Below, one piece after another: positions 39,079 to 48,637 of a stretch of 64,000 bases of DNA. Below the pieces are notes generated by a model. The model had not been told where the DNA came from and made no database searches. It worked only from the letters and a program-made list of their open reading frames with translations. Within the stretch, counting starts at the first letter, position 1; every line of letters begins with the position of its first letter. Both the position numbers and the translations under genes were made by a program. Origin of the DNA: Dinoroseobacter sp. (GTDB taxonomy: Bacteria; Pseudomonadota; Alphaproteobacteria; Rhodobacterales; Rhodobacteraceae); the NCBI GenBank assembly GCA_042096155.1, contig JBELMC010000001.1, positions 79,619 through 143,618 on the forward strand, written 5' to 3'.

Positions 39079-39543
39079 ATGTCGAACACGATCGAATCCC
39101 GCCTGGCCCAGCTTGGCGTGACCCTGCCCGATGCCCCGGCGCCCGCCGCGAATTACGTCCCCTTCGTAACCGTTGGAAACACGGTCTATGTCTCGGGCCA
39201 AGTCCCGTTTGTTGATGGCAAATTGACCCCAGGAAAGCTGGGCGCCGACACAACTGTCGCGCAAGGCGCCGAGATTGCGAAGATTTGTGCGATCCATCTT
39301 CTGGCCCAGGTCAAAAAGGCATGTGACGGTGACTTGGACCGCCTGGTGCGGGTCGTGAAACTCACTGGTTTTGTAAATTCGACGGCTGATTTTGGCGATC
39401 AGCCGAAAGTGATCAACGGCGCGTCCGATTTCCTGGTCGAAGCGCTCGGCGATCGGGGCCGTCATGCGCGCTCTGCGGTCAGCGCGGCCAGTCTTCCTTT
39501 CGGCGTCGCCGTCGAAATCGAAGGTATTTTTGAAATCGCATGA
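39079..39543 (+). CDS. RidA/YjgF family protein
   Basis: PAPAANYVP, VYVSGQVP and HARSAVSAASLPFGVAVEIE motifs. Confidence 0.92.
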   Translation: MSNTIESRLAQLGVTLPDAPAPAANYVPFVTVGNTVYVSGQVPFVDGKLTPGKLGADTTVAQGAEIAKICAIHLLAQVKKACDGDLDRLVRVVKLTGFVNSTADFGDQPKVINGASDFLVEALGDRGRHARSAVSAASLPFGVAVEIEGIFEIA

Positions 39544-40289
39544 TTCCCCTGCCGGATGATTTCCTGCGCATCCCATTGGCCCATCGCGGCTATCACAATG
39601 CCGCTTTGGGCCGGATCGAAAACAGTGTCGGCGCGATCCGCGCCGCCATTGACGCAGGCTACGGAATCGAGCTGGACCTGCAACCCTCCCTGGATGGGCA
39701 GGCCGTTGTATTCCATGATGCGACACTCGATCGGCTCACGGCACAGACCGGCCAGACAGCTCAGTACACCGCCGCCGCGCTTGGCGAAATTGCGCTGAAA
39801 AACAGCACAGACACCATCCCGACATTGCCTGAAATCTTGGATCTGGTGCACGGCCAGGCGCCCTTGTTGATCGAGCTGAAATCTCAACCTGACCGCGACA
39901 GTGACGTGCTGGAACAGGCCACCGCACATGCGCTGCACAGCTATCAAGGTCCTGCCGCTGTCATGTCATTTGATCCACGTATGATCGCACGGCTCGTCGA
40001 TATTCTGCCCGATGTTCCGCGCGGCCTTGTCACCGGCAGTTTCGGCCCAGATTGGCAATGGCCGGACCCTGTGCGGGACAGATTGCGCATGATCCCAGAC
40101 TACCACGCTGTGAAGGCCAGCTTTATCAGCCATGAGCTGCGCGATCTGGACCGTCCACGCGTCCAGCAGCTCAAGGTCGAAGGCACAACGGTTCTGACCT
40201 GGACCGTCACCTCGCAGGCCCAGGAAAATGAAGCGCGAAAAGTTGCGGATAATATCACATTCGAAGGCTACGTCGCCGCACGACCTTGA
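39540..40289 (+). CDS. Glycerophosphodiester phosphodiesterase family protein
   Basis: AHRG, ENS, GIELDLQ, VFHDATLDR, LIELK and WTV motifs. Confidence 0.92.
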   Translation: MIPLPDDFLRIPLAHRGYHNAALGRIENSVGAIRAAIDAGYGIELDLQPSLDGQAVVFHDATLDRLTAQTGQTAQYTAAALGEIALKNSTDTIPTLPEILDLVHGQAPLLIELKSQPDRDSDVLEQATAHALHSYQGPAAVMSFDPRMIARLVDILPDVPRGLVTGSFGPDWQWPDPVRDRLRMIPDYHAVKASFISHELRDLDRPRVQQLKVEGTTVLTWTVTSQAQENEARKVADNITFEGYVAARP

Positions 40290-40338
40290 CCCGCCTGCCA
40301 CCTGCGCCATTTGTCGGTCAACAGAGCAAAAGGCCGCC

Positions 40339-41529
40339 ATGACCACGCCCCAAACCGACGTCGCGCTTCGCGTGCTCACCACATTGTCTGACATCGACGC
40401 TGCAGACTGGGATGCTTGCGCTTGCCCAGAGGCCGCTACCGGGCGGCCCTATGACCCGTTCACAACCCACCGGTTTTTATACGCGCTGGAACAATCAGGC
40501 AGCACCGGGCCAGGCACCGGATGGGATCCGCGTTATCTGGTCGTTCATCTGGACGATGCGATTGTCGCCACTGCCGCGATGTATGTAAAATCCCACAGCC
40601 AGGGCGAGTATATCTTCGATCATAACTGGGCCCATGCCTATGAAAACGCAGGGGGGGCCTATTACCCAAAACTGCAAATCGCGGTGCCGTTCACCCCCGC
40701 CACGGGACGCCGTTTCTTGGTGAAACCGGGATATGAAGCTGTCGGCCAGGCCGCGCTGGTCCAGGGCGCCGTGCAACTTGCCGTCGACAATAAGGTCTCG
40801 TCGCTGCACATCACGTTTTGCACAGAAGCCGAAGCGAAAGCGGGCGACGCGATGGGGCTCATGCCTCGAGCCAGTCAGCAGTTTCATTGGGAAAACAACG
40901 GCTATGCCAGCTTTGATGATTTTCTCTCAGCGCTCAGTTCACGCAAACGCAAGGCGATCCGCAAAGAACGCGCCACCGCACAGGCCTTTGGGGGTCACAT
41001 CAAAACGCTGACGGGCGCGCAGATCGAACCGCACCATTGGGACGCTATTTGGCAGTTTTATCAGGACACCGGCGCGCGCAAATGGGGCACGCCCTATCTG
41101 ACCCGCGCATTTTTCGATGCCGCGCATGACACCTTGCGCGATGACATCGTGCTGATCCTTGCAGAGAAAGACGGCAAAAACGTCGCGGGTGCCGTCAATT
41201 TCATCGGACGAAACACGCTCTATGGGCGCTATTGGGGGTGCATCGAAGACCACTCCTGCCTGCATTTTGAAGCCTGCTATTATCAGGCCATTGACTACGC
41301 CATTGCGCATAAACTCGCGACTGTCGAGGCGGGCGCCCAAGGCGCGCACAAGCTGGCACGCGGGTATTTGCCGGTCACCACGCATTCATTGCACTGGGTG
41401 CGCGACCCCGGTTTTGCCGATGCCATCGCCCGCTATCTTAAAGAAGAACGACGCGCTGTTGATCATGAAAATACCGTGATGACAGATTTCGGCCCGTTCA
41501 AACGCCTGCGGATCGAGGACCCACAATGA
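40339..41529 (+). CDS. FemAB-like GNAT family protein (DUF482-like)
   Basis: HSQGEYIFDHNWA, YYPKLQIAVPFTPATG, LYGRYWG, LHFEACYYQAI and EAGAQGAHKLARGY motifs. Confidence 0.9.
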   Translation: MTTPQTDVALRVLTTLSDIDAADWDACACPEAATGRPYDPFTTHRFLYALEQSGSTGPGTGWDPRYLVVHLDDAIVATAAMYVKSHSQGEYIFDHNWAHAYENAGGAYYPKLQIAVPFTPATGRRFLVKPGYEAVGQAALVQGAVQLAVDNKVSSLHITFCTEAEAKAGDAMGLMPRASQQFHWENNGYASFDDFLSALSSRKRKAIRKERATAQAFGGHIKTLTGAQIEPHHWDAIWQFYQDTGARKWGTPYLTRAFFDAAHDTLRDDIVLILAEKDGKNVAGAVNFIGRNTLYGRYWGCIEDHSCLHFEACYYQAIDYAIAHKLATVEAGAQGAHKLARGYLPVTTHSLHWVRDPGFADAIARYLKEERRAVDHENTVMTDFGPFKRLRIEDPQ

Positions 41530-41819
41530 CAGATATTACAGCTTTGCGCGCCTCTGGATGGGCTTTGCGCAGTGACGGCAATGCCCTTGAAAAAACGTTT
41601 ACTTTCAAGAATTTCAGCCAAGCCTTCGCCTGGATGACCCGGGTTGCAATGGTCGCCGAGACACTCAACCACCACCCCGAATGGTCGAACGTTTACAAAA
41701 CGGTGACAGTTACGTTAATCACGCATGACACGGGCGGGCTGACCGAGCTCGACATTAAACTTGCGACCAAAATGGATCAGTTTCACACATGCTCAGCGCC
41801 GAGGATATCACCGCAATAA
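41526..41819 (+). CDS. phhB: Pterin-4-alpha-carbinolamine dehydratase
   Basis: FKNFSQAFAWM, NHHPEWSNVY and THDTGGLTELD motifs. Confidence 0.93.
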   Translation: MTDITALRASGWALRSDGNALEKTFTFKNFSQAFAWMTRVAMVAETLNHHPEWSNVYKTVTVTLITHDTGGLTELDIKLATKMDQFHTCSAPRISPQ

Positions 41820-42613
41820 TCCACAACAATCTCGACCGTGCCCTGCAACTGAGCACCAACGTGCTGATCGCGGCACTGATCTTGATCGTGGCGTTTTGGA
41901 TCTCGGGACGTGTTCGGACCTTTCTCAGCGATATCGGCGACGACCAGCCCGAGATCGACGACACATTGTTCACCTTTATCGGCTCGGTCGCGCGCTATCT
42001 GATCCTTGCGCTCGCGTTTATTTTTGTGCTCAACCGCTTCGGGATCCAGACCACATCGCTTGTGGCCTTGCTTGGTGCGGCAGGGCTCGCCATTGGTTTG
42101 GCGCTGCAAGGCACGCTGTCCAATATCGCTGCGGGGGTCATGCTTGTGGTCTTTCGCCCCTTCAAGATGGATCAATTTGTTGAGATCGCTGGGTATTCAG
42201 GAACAGTGAAAGCAATCACCTTGTTCACGACCGAAATTGCCACCCTCGACAATATCCAGATCACCATTCCCAATGGCCAGGTTTGGGACAGCGCGATCAA
42301 GAACTATTCGGCCTACGACACCCGCATGATCGATCTGACCATCGGGGTCAGCTACAGCACCGATCTTAAAAAAGCAGAAACCGTTTTGATGGATCTGATC
42401 ACCGCCGATCCGCGCAGTCACGTGACACCGGCACCGTTTGTGAAGGTCACCAACCTTGGCGACAGCTCGGTGGATTTCAAAGTCCGGGTCTGGAGCGATG
42501 CGTCAGACAATTGGGGGCTGAAATGCGACCTGATCCGCGCGATCAAAGACAGCTTTGACGCGCATGGGATCGAGATCCCGTTCCCCACGCAGACCATCAT
42601 CCAAACCCAGTAA
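41789..42613 (+). CDS. Small-conductance mechanosensitive channel MscS family
   Basis: GAAGLAIGLALQGTLSNIAAG, RPFK, IPNGQV and IEIPFP motifs. Confidence 0.93.
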   Translation: MLSAEDITAIIHNNLDRALQLSTNVLIAALILIVAFWISGRVRTFLSDIGDDQPEIDDTLFTFIGSVARYLILALAFIFVLNRFGIQTTSLVALLGAAGLAIGLALQGTLSNIAAGVMLVVFRPFKMDQFVEIAGYSGTVKAITLFTTEIATLDNIQITIPNGQVWDSAIKNYSAYDTRMIDLTIGVSYSTDLKKAETVLMDLITADPRSHVTPAPFVKVTNLGDSSVDFKVRVWSDASDNWGLKCDLIRAIKDSFDAHGIEIPFPTQTIIQTQ

Positions 42614-42675
42614 ACTCAGGGGGCTCCGGCTCGTCTCGATGGCATGCGCGCATCAGCGCTGTCAAAGCGCCGCGG

Positions 42676-43164
42676 CTAGATCGCCGCGAGCAACGCCTCG
42701 CCACCGGACACCTCGCACATGCCCGGAGCATCTTCGGCCTGCAAAATCTTGACCACGCCATCTTCCACCAACATCGCATAGCGTTTGGACCGCGCGACGA
42801 GACCTGCGGGCGGCGCATCGAAATCCATGCCCATCGCCTTGGTGAACGTACTCTGCGCATCGCCCAGCATGGTGATTCCGGCCTCTGCTGCACCGGTGAC
42901 CTCGCCCCAGCTTTTCATCACAAACGGATCGTTCACCGAGACACAGATGATCTCATCGACACCTTTGGCAGCAAACTGGTCCTTGGTGCGGATAAAGCTC
43001 GGCACATGGGCAGAGTGGCAGGTCGGCGTGAACGCGCCTGGCACGGCAAAGATAACCACCTTGCGGCCTTTGGTCAGTGCTGCCATTTCGACAGCTTCTG
43101 GGCCGCTTTCGCCGATTTTAACCAAGCTTGCGTCCGGCAGTGCGTCACCTGCGGAAATTGCCAT
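42676..43164 (-). CDS. Peroxiredoxin (Prx5/AhpC-TSA type)
   Basis: VPGAFTPTCHSAHVP, SVNDPFVM and RSKRYAMLVEDG motifs. Confidence 0.94.
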   Translation of the reverse strand: MAISAGDALPDASLVKIGESGPEAVEMAALTKGRKVVIFAVPGAFTPTCHSAHVPSFIRTKDQFAAKGVDEIICVSVNDPFVMKSWGEVTGAAEAGITMLGDAQSTFTKAMGMDFDAPPAGLVARSKRYAMLVEDGVVKILQAEDAPGMCEVSGGEALLAAI

Positions 43165-43245
43165 ATCTGTGATTCCTCTGGATTGTGTTCGTGCCGATGT
43201 CACATATAGGGTGCCATGCAAGCGCACCAGAGCAAAGGTCAAAAC

Positions 43246-44454
43246 ATGTCTCACATCGTGGTTATCGGGGCCGGTCAGGCTGGGTCCTCTCTTGTTGCCA
43301 AACTGCGCAAGACAGGGTTCGACGGCGACGTTACCTTAATCGGCGAAGAGCCCGTTCTTCCCTATCAAAGACCCCCTCTTTCAAAAGGGTACCTGCTTGG
43401 CGATATGGGGCTGGAGCGTCTGTATCTGCGCCCCGAGGCTTTTTACACTGACCAGAACATCACGTTGCACCTGGGCCAACGGGTCACCGGGATCGATCCG
43501 GCGTCTCAAACGATAGATCTTGGCGATGCAGTGCTCCGCTATAGTCAGTTGGCTTTAACGACAGGCTCAGCCCCGCGTCATTTGCCAGCCAGTATTGGCG
43601 GCAATCTTGGCGGTGTTCATGTGGTCCGCACCTTATCGGATGTCGATCATATGGCGGCGGGGGTCACCGAAAACGCCCGGGTCTTGATCGTCGGCGGCGG
43701 GTATATTGGGCTGGAGGCCGCCGCCGTCTGCGCCAAAAAGGGCATGCAGGTCGTTTTGGTCGAGATGGCCGAGCGCATCTTGCAACGCGTGGCCGCCGCC
43801 GCCACCAGTGATTTTTTTCGCGATCTGCATACCCAAAACGGGGTCGATATCCGCGAGGGCGTCGGACTGACCCGGCTGCTTGGCGAAACACGGGTCGAGG
43901 GCGCTATTTTGACCGACGGGACCCAGCTTGCGCTTGATATGGTTATCGTCGGTGTCGGCATCACACCGGGCACAGCACTGGCGGACGCCGCCGGTCTGAC
44001 CCTCGACAACGGGATCGCCACCGACGCTTTGGGCCGCACCTCAGACAGGTCGATTTGGTCGGCGGGTGATTGCGCCTCCTTTGTTTATCGCGGATCTCGT
44101 ATCCGGTTAGAATCGGTTCAAAACGCCATTGATCAAGCCGAATGCGTCGCCGAGAATATGCTCGGCGCTGACAAGCCCTATCTTCCAAAACCTTGGTTTT
44201 GGTCCGACCAATATGACGTCAAATTGCAGATTGCAGGTCTGAATTCGGGTTATGACAGCACCGTCACGCGCCCTGGTGACAAACCCGGAACTCAGTCGGT
44301 CTGGTATTATGAAGGAGAGACGTTGCGCGCCGTCGACGCGATGAACGACCCGCGCGCCTATATGATTGGCAAACGGCTGATCGAGGCGGACAAATCGCCT
44401 GCAGCTGCCACCATCGCAGATCCCTCAACGGCTCTCAAATCCCTTTTGGGATGA
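43246..44454 (+). CDS. NAD(P)/FAD-dependent ferredoxin reductase-type oxidoreductase
   Basis: GAGQAG, PYQRPPLSK, GGGYIGLEAA, RLESVQNA and PWFWSDQY motifs. Confidence 0.92.
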   Translation: MSHIVVIGAGQAGSSLVAKLRKTGFDGDVTLIGEEPVLPYQRPPLSKGYLLGDMGLERLYLRPEAFYTDQNITLHLGQRVTGIDPASQTIDLGDAVLRYSQLALTTGSAPRHLPASIGGNLGGVHVVRTLSDVDHMAAGVTENARVLIVGGGYIGLEAAAVCAKKGMQVVLVEMAERILQRVAAAATSDFFRDLHTQNGVDIREGVGLTRLLGETRVEGAILTDGTQLALDMVIVGVGITPGTALADAAGLTLDNGIATDALGRTSDRSIWSAGDCASFVYRGSRIRLESVQNAIDQAECVAENMLGADKPYLPKPWFWSDQYDVKLQIAGLNSGYDSTVTRPGDKPGTQSVWYYEGETLRAVDAMNDPRAYMIGKRLIEADKSPAAATIADPSTALKSLLG

Positions 44455-45014
44455 GGATCATCGCTGGCAGCCGCAAGGGCCTCCATCTGAGCAGCGTCGG
44501 CAAAGGCGACAGCGGCGCGCATTTGCGCCCCACTTCAGACCGTGTGCGCGAAGCTTTGTTCAACACGCTCGCCGGGGGCAGGTTTGGCGATCCCTTGACC
44601 GACGCGATCGTTCTGGATCTGTTTGCAGGCACCGGCGCGCTGGCTTTCGAGGCCCTGTCGCGCGGCGCAGCTTCCGCGGTGCTGGTCGAAAACGGACGCG
44701 TCGCCCAAAAGCTGATTGCTGAAAACACCCGGTTAACCAAGTTCGAAGACCAGGTTTCCGTATTGCCGTGCGACGCCAAAAAGATGCCACAGAACCGGGG
44801 CGCGGCGGCGAATCTGGTGTTTCTCGATCCGCCCTATGGTGTTCAATTGGGAACATTTTCGATTAATTGTGCATATCGCAATGGTTGGATTGCCCCTGCA
44901 GCTTTGATCATTTGGGAAGAAAATGCGCCCCAGGCCGCGCCTGACGGGTTTACCCTTTTGGATCACCGCCGTTATGGCGGAACCCATGTCACCGTGTTGA
45001 AAGCACCTGCTTAG
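44451..45014 (+). CDS. rsmD: 16S rRNA m2G966 methyltransferase RsmD
   Basis: MRIIAG, LRPTSDRVREALFN, LDLFAGTGAL-FEALSRGA and FLDPPY motifs. Confidence 0.96.
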   Translation: MRIIAGSRKGLHLSSVGKGDSGAHLRPTSDRVREALFNTLAGGRFGDPLTDAIVLDLFAGTGALAFEALSRGAASAVLVENGRVAQKLIAENTRLTKFEDQVSVLPCDAKKMPQNRGAAANLVFLDPPYGVQLGTFSINCAYRNGWIAPAALIIWEENAPQAAPDGFTLLDHRRYGGTHVTVLKAPA

Positions 45015-45835
45015 CCGTAAGTAGGATGGAACTTTCCTGCAGCAGAAAGCGTAAAGATTTCCGCACCTTCGCTGGTAATTCCAATAGAATGCTCGAATTG
45101 CGCGCTCAACGATTTGTCGCGGGTCACGGCGGTCCAGTCATCCCCCAGCACCTTGGTTTCAGGACGTCCCAGATTTACCATCGGCTCAATCGTGAAAAAC
45201 ATGCCTTCTTCCAGCTTCGGCCCGGTTCCAGCGCGCCCATAATGTAGCACATTTGGGGGTGCGTGGAACACTCGCCCCAACCCATGGCCGCAAAAGTCCC
45301 GGACAACGCTCATACGCTGCGGTTCGACAAAAGACTGAATCGCATGACCAATATCGCCAAATGTATTGCCCGGCTTGGCCGCCTCGATCCCCTTGAACAG
45401 CGCTTCATGGGTGACTTCAATCAACCGTTCCGCTTTGCGCGCCAATTTGCCCGCAACAAACATCCGACTGGTATCGCCAAACCAGCCATCCACAATAACT
45501 GTGACGTCGATATTCAAAATATCACCGTCTTTCAATATTTTAGAGCTTGGAATTCCATGGCAGACAACATGGTTGATCGAAATACATGACGCATGTTTAT
45601 AGCCCTTGTAACCAATTGTTGCCGAGGTCGCGCCAGCGTCATGCACCATCTGCTCGATCGCTGAATCGATCGCTTCAGTCGTCACACCCGGCTGCACCAT
45701 CGGGGCGATATCATCCAAAATACGCGCGGCCAAAGCCCCGGCTTGATACATGCCTGCGAAATCCTCTGGGTCGTAAAGGCGGATGCCGTCGCGGTTCACA
45801 CGGCCTTTGCTTGGATGGTCCACAGGACACCTCAT
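45011..45835 (-). CDS. map: Type I methionyl aminopeptidase
   Basis: NHVVCHGIP, GDILNIDVT, DTSRM, GHGLG, FTIEPM and SAQFEH motifs. Confidence 0.96.
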   Translation of the reverse strand: MRCPVDHPSKGRVNRDGIRLYDPEDFAGMYQAGALAARILDDIAPMVQPGVTTEAIDSAIEQMVHDAGATSATIGYKGYKHASCISINHVVCHGIPSSKILKDGDILNIDVTVIVDGWFGDTSRMFVAGKLARKAERLIEVTHEALFKGIEAAKPGNTFGDIGHAIQSFVEPQRMSVVRDFCGHGLGRVFHAPPNVLHYGRAGTGPKLEEGMFFTIEPMVNLGRPETKVLGDDWTAVTRDKSLSAQFEHSIGITSEGAEIFTLSAAGKFHPTYG

Positions 45836-45884
45836 TTTTGCAATTCGCGCCTTATATCAGGAGTATGTGGGATTCACTAGGGAA

Positions 45885-46604
45885 TCAACACGCGCGTGAC
45901 GTGGGGTCTAGTTCATGGGGCCTGTCCAACCAGACCCCATCGAGGGTCATTTCAGCGCCATAAGAGAGCATCTCGACACCGGCGGCGCGGGCGGCATCGA
46001 ACGCGCGGGCATAGCCCGGATCCAGATCAGCCGCGATGCGCAATCCGCTACAATCGGTACGCTGAATCAGATACACCATCACGGCACGATGGCCTGCGCA
46101 AACCATATTTGTCAGCTCTGCCAAATGCTTGGCACCGCGATCTGTCACACAGTCCGGAAACTCCGCCCAAGGCGTGTTGCGCCGTAACGTAACACTTTTC
46201 ACTTCGACATAGGCATCGGGTAACCCCTTGGCCCGGCATAAAAAATCCACTCTAGACCGCAAACCATAGGGAACCTCCGCTCGGATATCGGTATAGTCAG
46301 ACAGCGCAGGAACCAGCCCGGCTCTGAGGCCTTCACCCACCACTTTATTGGGCACACCAGTGTCGATCCCAGCCAAATTTGCACCATCGAGTTGGGTCAG
46401 ACGCCAGCCAAATTTCAACTTTTTGCGAGGGTCGTCATTGGGCTCTAGCCAGATCAGAGACCCCGGCTCAGCAAGTCCCAGCATCGCGCCAGGGTTGGGA
46501 CAATGGATTGTAACCTCGCGCCCGGTATCAAGGACCGCATCGGCCAGAAACCTTTTGTAACGACGGATCAACCGCGCCGGGATGAGAGGGGATTGAAAGC
46601 GCAT
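45885..46604 (-). CDS. sfsA: DNA/RNA nuclease SfsA
   Basis: RRYKRFLAD, HCPNPGAM, YVEVKSV and FPDCVTDRGAKHL motifs. Confidence 0.95.
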   Translation of the reverse strand: MRFQSPLIPARLIRRYKRFLADAVLDTGREVTIHCPNPGAMLGLAEPGSLIWLEPNDDPRKKLKFGWRLTQLDGANLAGIDTGVPNKVVGEGLRAGLVPALSDYTDIRAEVPYGLRSRVDFLCRAKGLPDAYVEVKSVTLRRNTPWAEFPDCVTDRGAKHLAELTNMVCAGHRAVMVYLIQRTDCSGLRIAADLDPGYARAFDAARAAGVEMLSYGAEMTLDGVWLDRPHELDPTSRAC

Positions 46605-46652
46605 AACACGCGGCCTACACCCCTATGGGGACCATGCCAAGGAGCTTGCTTG

Positions 46653-47381
46653 ATGACCTCTGCGACCGCTGCGATATTGATCATCGGTGATGAAATTCTG
46701 TCCGGTCGCACCCGCGACGCCAATATGCATTTCCTCGCCGGACAGCTTACCGCCAAGGGCATCCAGCTGGCCGAAGTTCGTGTGATTTCAGACCAAAAAT
46801 CCGAAATTATCACTGCGGTTCAATCGCTTGCCGCCAAATATGATCAAGTCTTTACCTCCGGTGGGATCGGGCCGACCCATGATGATATCACCGCCGAGGC
46901 CGTCGCGGCTGCATTTGACACACCGATATCGGTGCGTGAGGACGCCCGTGCGATCTTAGCCGCACATTATGCGAAATCCGAAAAAGTGTTAAACGAAGCC
47001 CGATTGCGTATGGCCCGCATCCCAGATGACGCGCGTCTGATCGACAATCCGATCAGCGGCGCGCCCGGCTTCAGCCTGGAAAATGTCCACGTCATGGCCG
47101 GCGTGCCGAAAATATTTCAGGCCATGGTGGCCTCGGTTCTGCCCACCCTCACAGGCGGCGCCGCTGTGCTGTCCGAAAGCCTGCGTGTAGAGCGACCCGA
47201 AGGCGACATCGCTGGGCCGCTGGGTCAGCTTGCAGCTCAGTTTCCGGATCTATCATTTGGGTCATACCCTTTTAACGACAATGGCTTAATGGGTGCACAT
47301 GTCGTCACGCGTGGCACCGATGCCGATATGTTGGCCGAAGCCATCGACGCGCTTATGGCGCTGTTTCCCGAAGCAAGGTGA
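46653..47381 (+). CDS. CinA-like molybdopterin-binding domain protein
   Basis: IIGDEILSGRT-DAN, SGGIGPTHDDIT and MAGVPKIF motifs. Confidence 0.92.
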   Translation: MTSATAAILIIGDEILSGRTRDANMHFLAGQLTAKGIQLAEVRVISDQKSEIITAVQSLAAKYDQVFTSGGIGPTHDDITAEAVAAAFDTPISVREDARAILAAHYAKSEKVLNEARLRMARIPDDARLIDNPISGAPGFSLENVHVMAGVPKIFQAMVASVLPTLTGGAAVLSESLRVERPEGDIAGPLGQLAAQFPDLSFGSYPFNDNGLMGAHVVTRGTDADMLAEAIDALMALFPEAR

Positions 47382-47626
47382 GCCCTTTTGAAATTATAGA
47401 TGCGACTTGGCCGCCAATGTTGTTCATCAGGCCGAACCATCGGTGCTATACAAACAAGGCCAAGGCGGTGTTGGCCCCGCGCAGGGGCAGTCTGGGCATC
47501 AGTCAGCAGGCCAAGTGGTTCGCCATTTTGACGACGACGGACAATCAAGCCGCCCGGAGGGTCTATTCTTCCCTTGGGCTGCAACCTGTGGAACACTATC
47601 ACGACCGGGGAACGACACTGAGCTGA
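47378..47626 (+). pseudogene. Internally deleted remnant of a GNAT acetyltransferase
   Basis: N-terminal EIIDATWPP and C-terminal AILTTTDNQAARRVYSSLGLQPVEHYH joined in only 82 codons; GGVGPA lies in another frame; GTGA overlap with the cinA-like gene. Confidence 0.6.
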
Positions 47627-47633
47627 GGCCGAT

Positions 47634-48572
47634 GTGGCAACAAAAATTACCATAAAATGCTTTGTGTCGGCCTTGTGTTTCATCGGGCTTGTCGGCACTG
47701 GATCTGCACTGGAGCTGGAATTGCCACGTGGCGCGCAAGAGCAGGTCAGGCGTTCCGACCCGCTGGTACGCTATGCCTTGCCGGTTGGTATTTTTGCGGA
47801 TGGCATTGTGCCCAGCCGCGTTGTCGAGGGGACTGTCACGCGAAGCGTTTGGCAGATCCCCCAAGCTCCATTGACCACCGCGCAGATGTTTGAGGGTTTG
47901 ATCGAGCAAGTCACCGCCCAAGGATATACTCCAATTGTGACCTGCGCGGCCAAAGACTGCGGTGGATTTGATTTCCGCTTCGGTATCGAAGTTGCCGACG
48001 CGCCTGCAATGTTCGTCGATCTGTCGGATTTTCAGTTCGCCAGCCTGTCGAAAGGTCCGGACCGCGCGGTTAGCTTGCTGGTCAGCACCGCCGCTGATGC
48101 AGGCTATATCCAATTGGTTCAGATTGGGCCGGACATCGAAATCATAACCGCCAATACGCAATCTGGGTTTGCATCACCAAGCCGCATCGGCGCGGGCTCT
48201 CAAATTGGTGTCACGCTGGAGCGAAGCGGCGTTGCGGTGCTTGAAGATCTGGAATTTGCGACCGGAGCGTCGGATTTGACGGAGGCGTCGTTTGCTTCAC
48301 TGTCAGCATTGGCAGCTTGGCTGAATGCAACACCAGCCACGCGAGTTGTCCTTGTTGGCCATACCGATACAGAGGGCACATTGGAGCGCAACATCGCGCT
48401 GTCAAGGCGGCGGGCCGAAGCGGTTGTATCCCGAATTGTTGAGCGCTATGGCGTTGATATTGATCAGGTTTCTGCGCAAGGCGTCGGCTTCTTGGCACCA
48501 CGTGCGACCAACGCCACCTCTGAGGGTCGCACCAACAATCGCCGGGTCGAAGTCGTTCTAATTGAACAATAA
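47634..48572 (+). CDS. OmpA family protein (N-terminal periplasmic domain plus OmpA_C)
   Basis: Signal-like N-terminus; LVGHTDTEG-LERNIALSRRRAEAV, GVGFLAP and NNRRVEV motifs. Confidence 0.9.
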   Translation: MATKITIKCFVSALCFIGLVGTGSALELELPRGAQEQVRRSDPLVRYALPVGIFADGIVPSRVVEGTVTRSVWQIPQAPLTTAQMFEGLIEQVTAQGYTPIVTCAAKDCGGFDFRFGIEVADAPAMFVDLSDFQFASLSKGPDRAVSLLVSTAADAGYIQLVQIGPDIEIITANTQSGFASPSRIGAGSQIGVTLERSGVAVLEDLEFATGASDLTEASFASLSALAAWLNATPATRVVLVGHTDTEGTLERNIALSRRRAEAVVSRIVERYGVDIDQVSAQGVGFLAPRATNATSEGRTNNRRVEVVLIEQ

Positions 48573-48576
48573 AATA

Positions 48577-48602
48577 CGGCCCGTATCAACAGATACGAGC
48601 CG
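48577..48602. terminator. Probable bidirectional hairpin terminator
   Basis: CGGCCCGTATC-aaca-GATACGAGCCG (one mismatch) between convergent genes. Confidence 0.45.
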
Positions 48603-48637
48603 ATTGAACAAGATCACGTCGAGGTTTTGGCGCCTTA

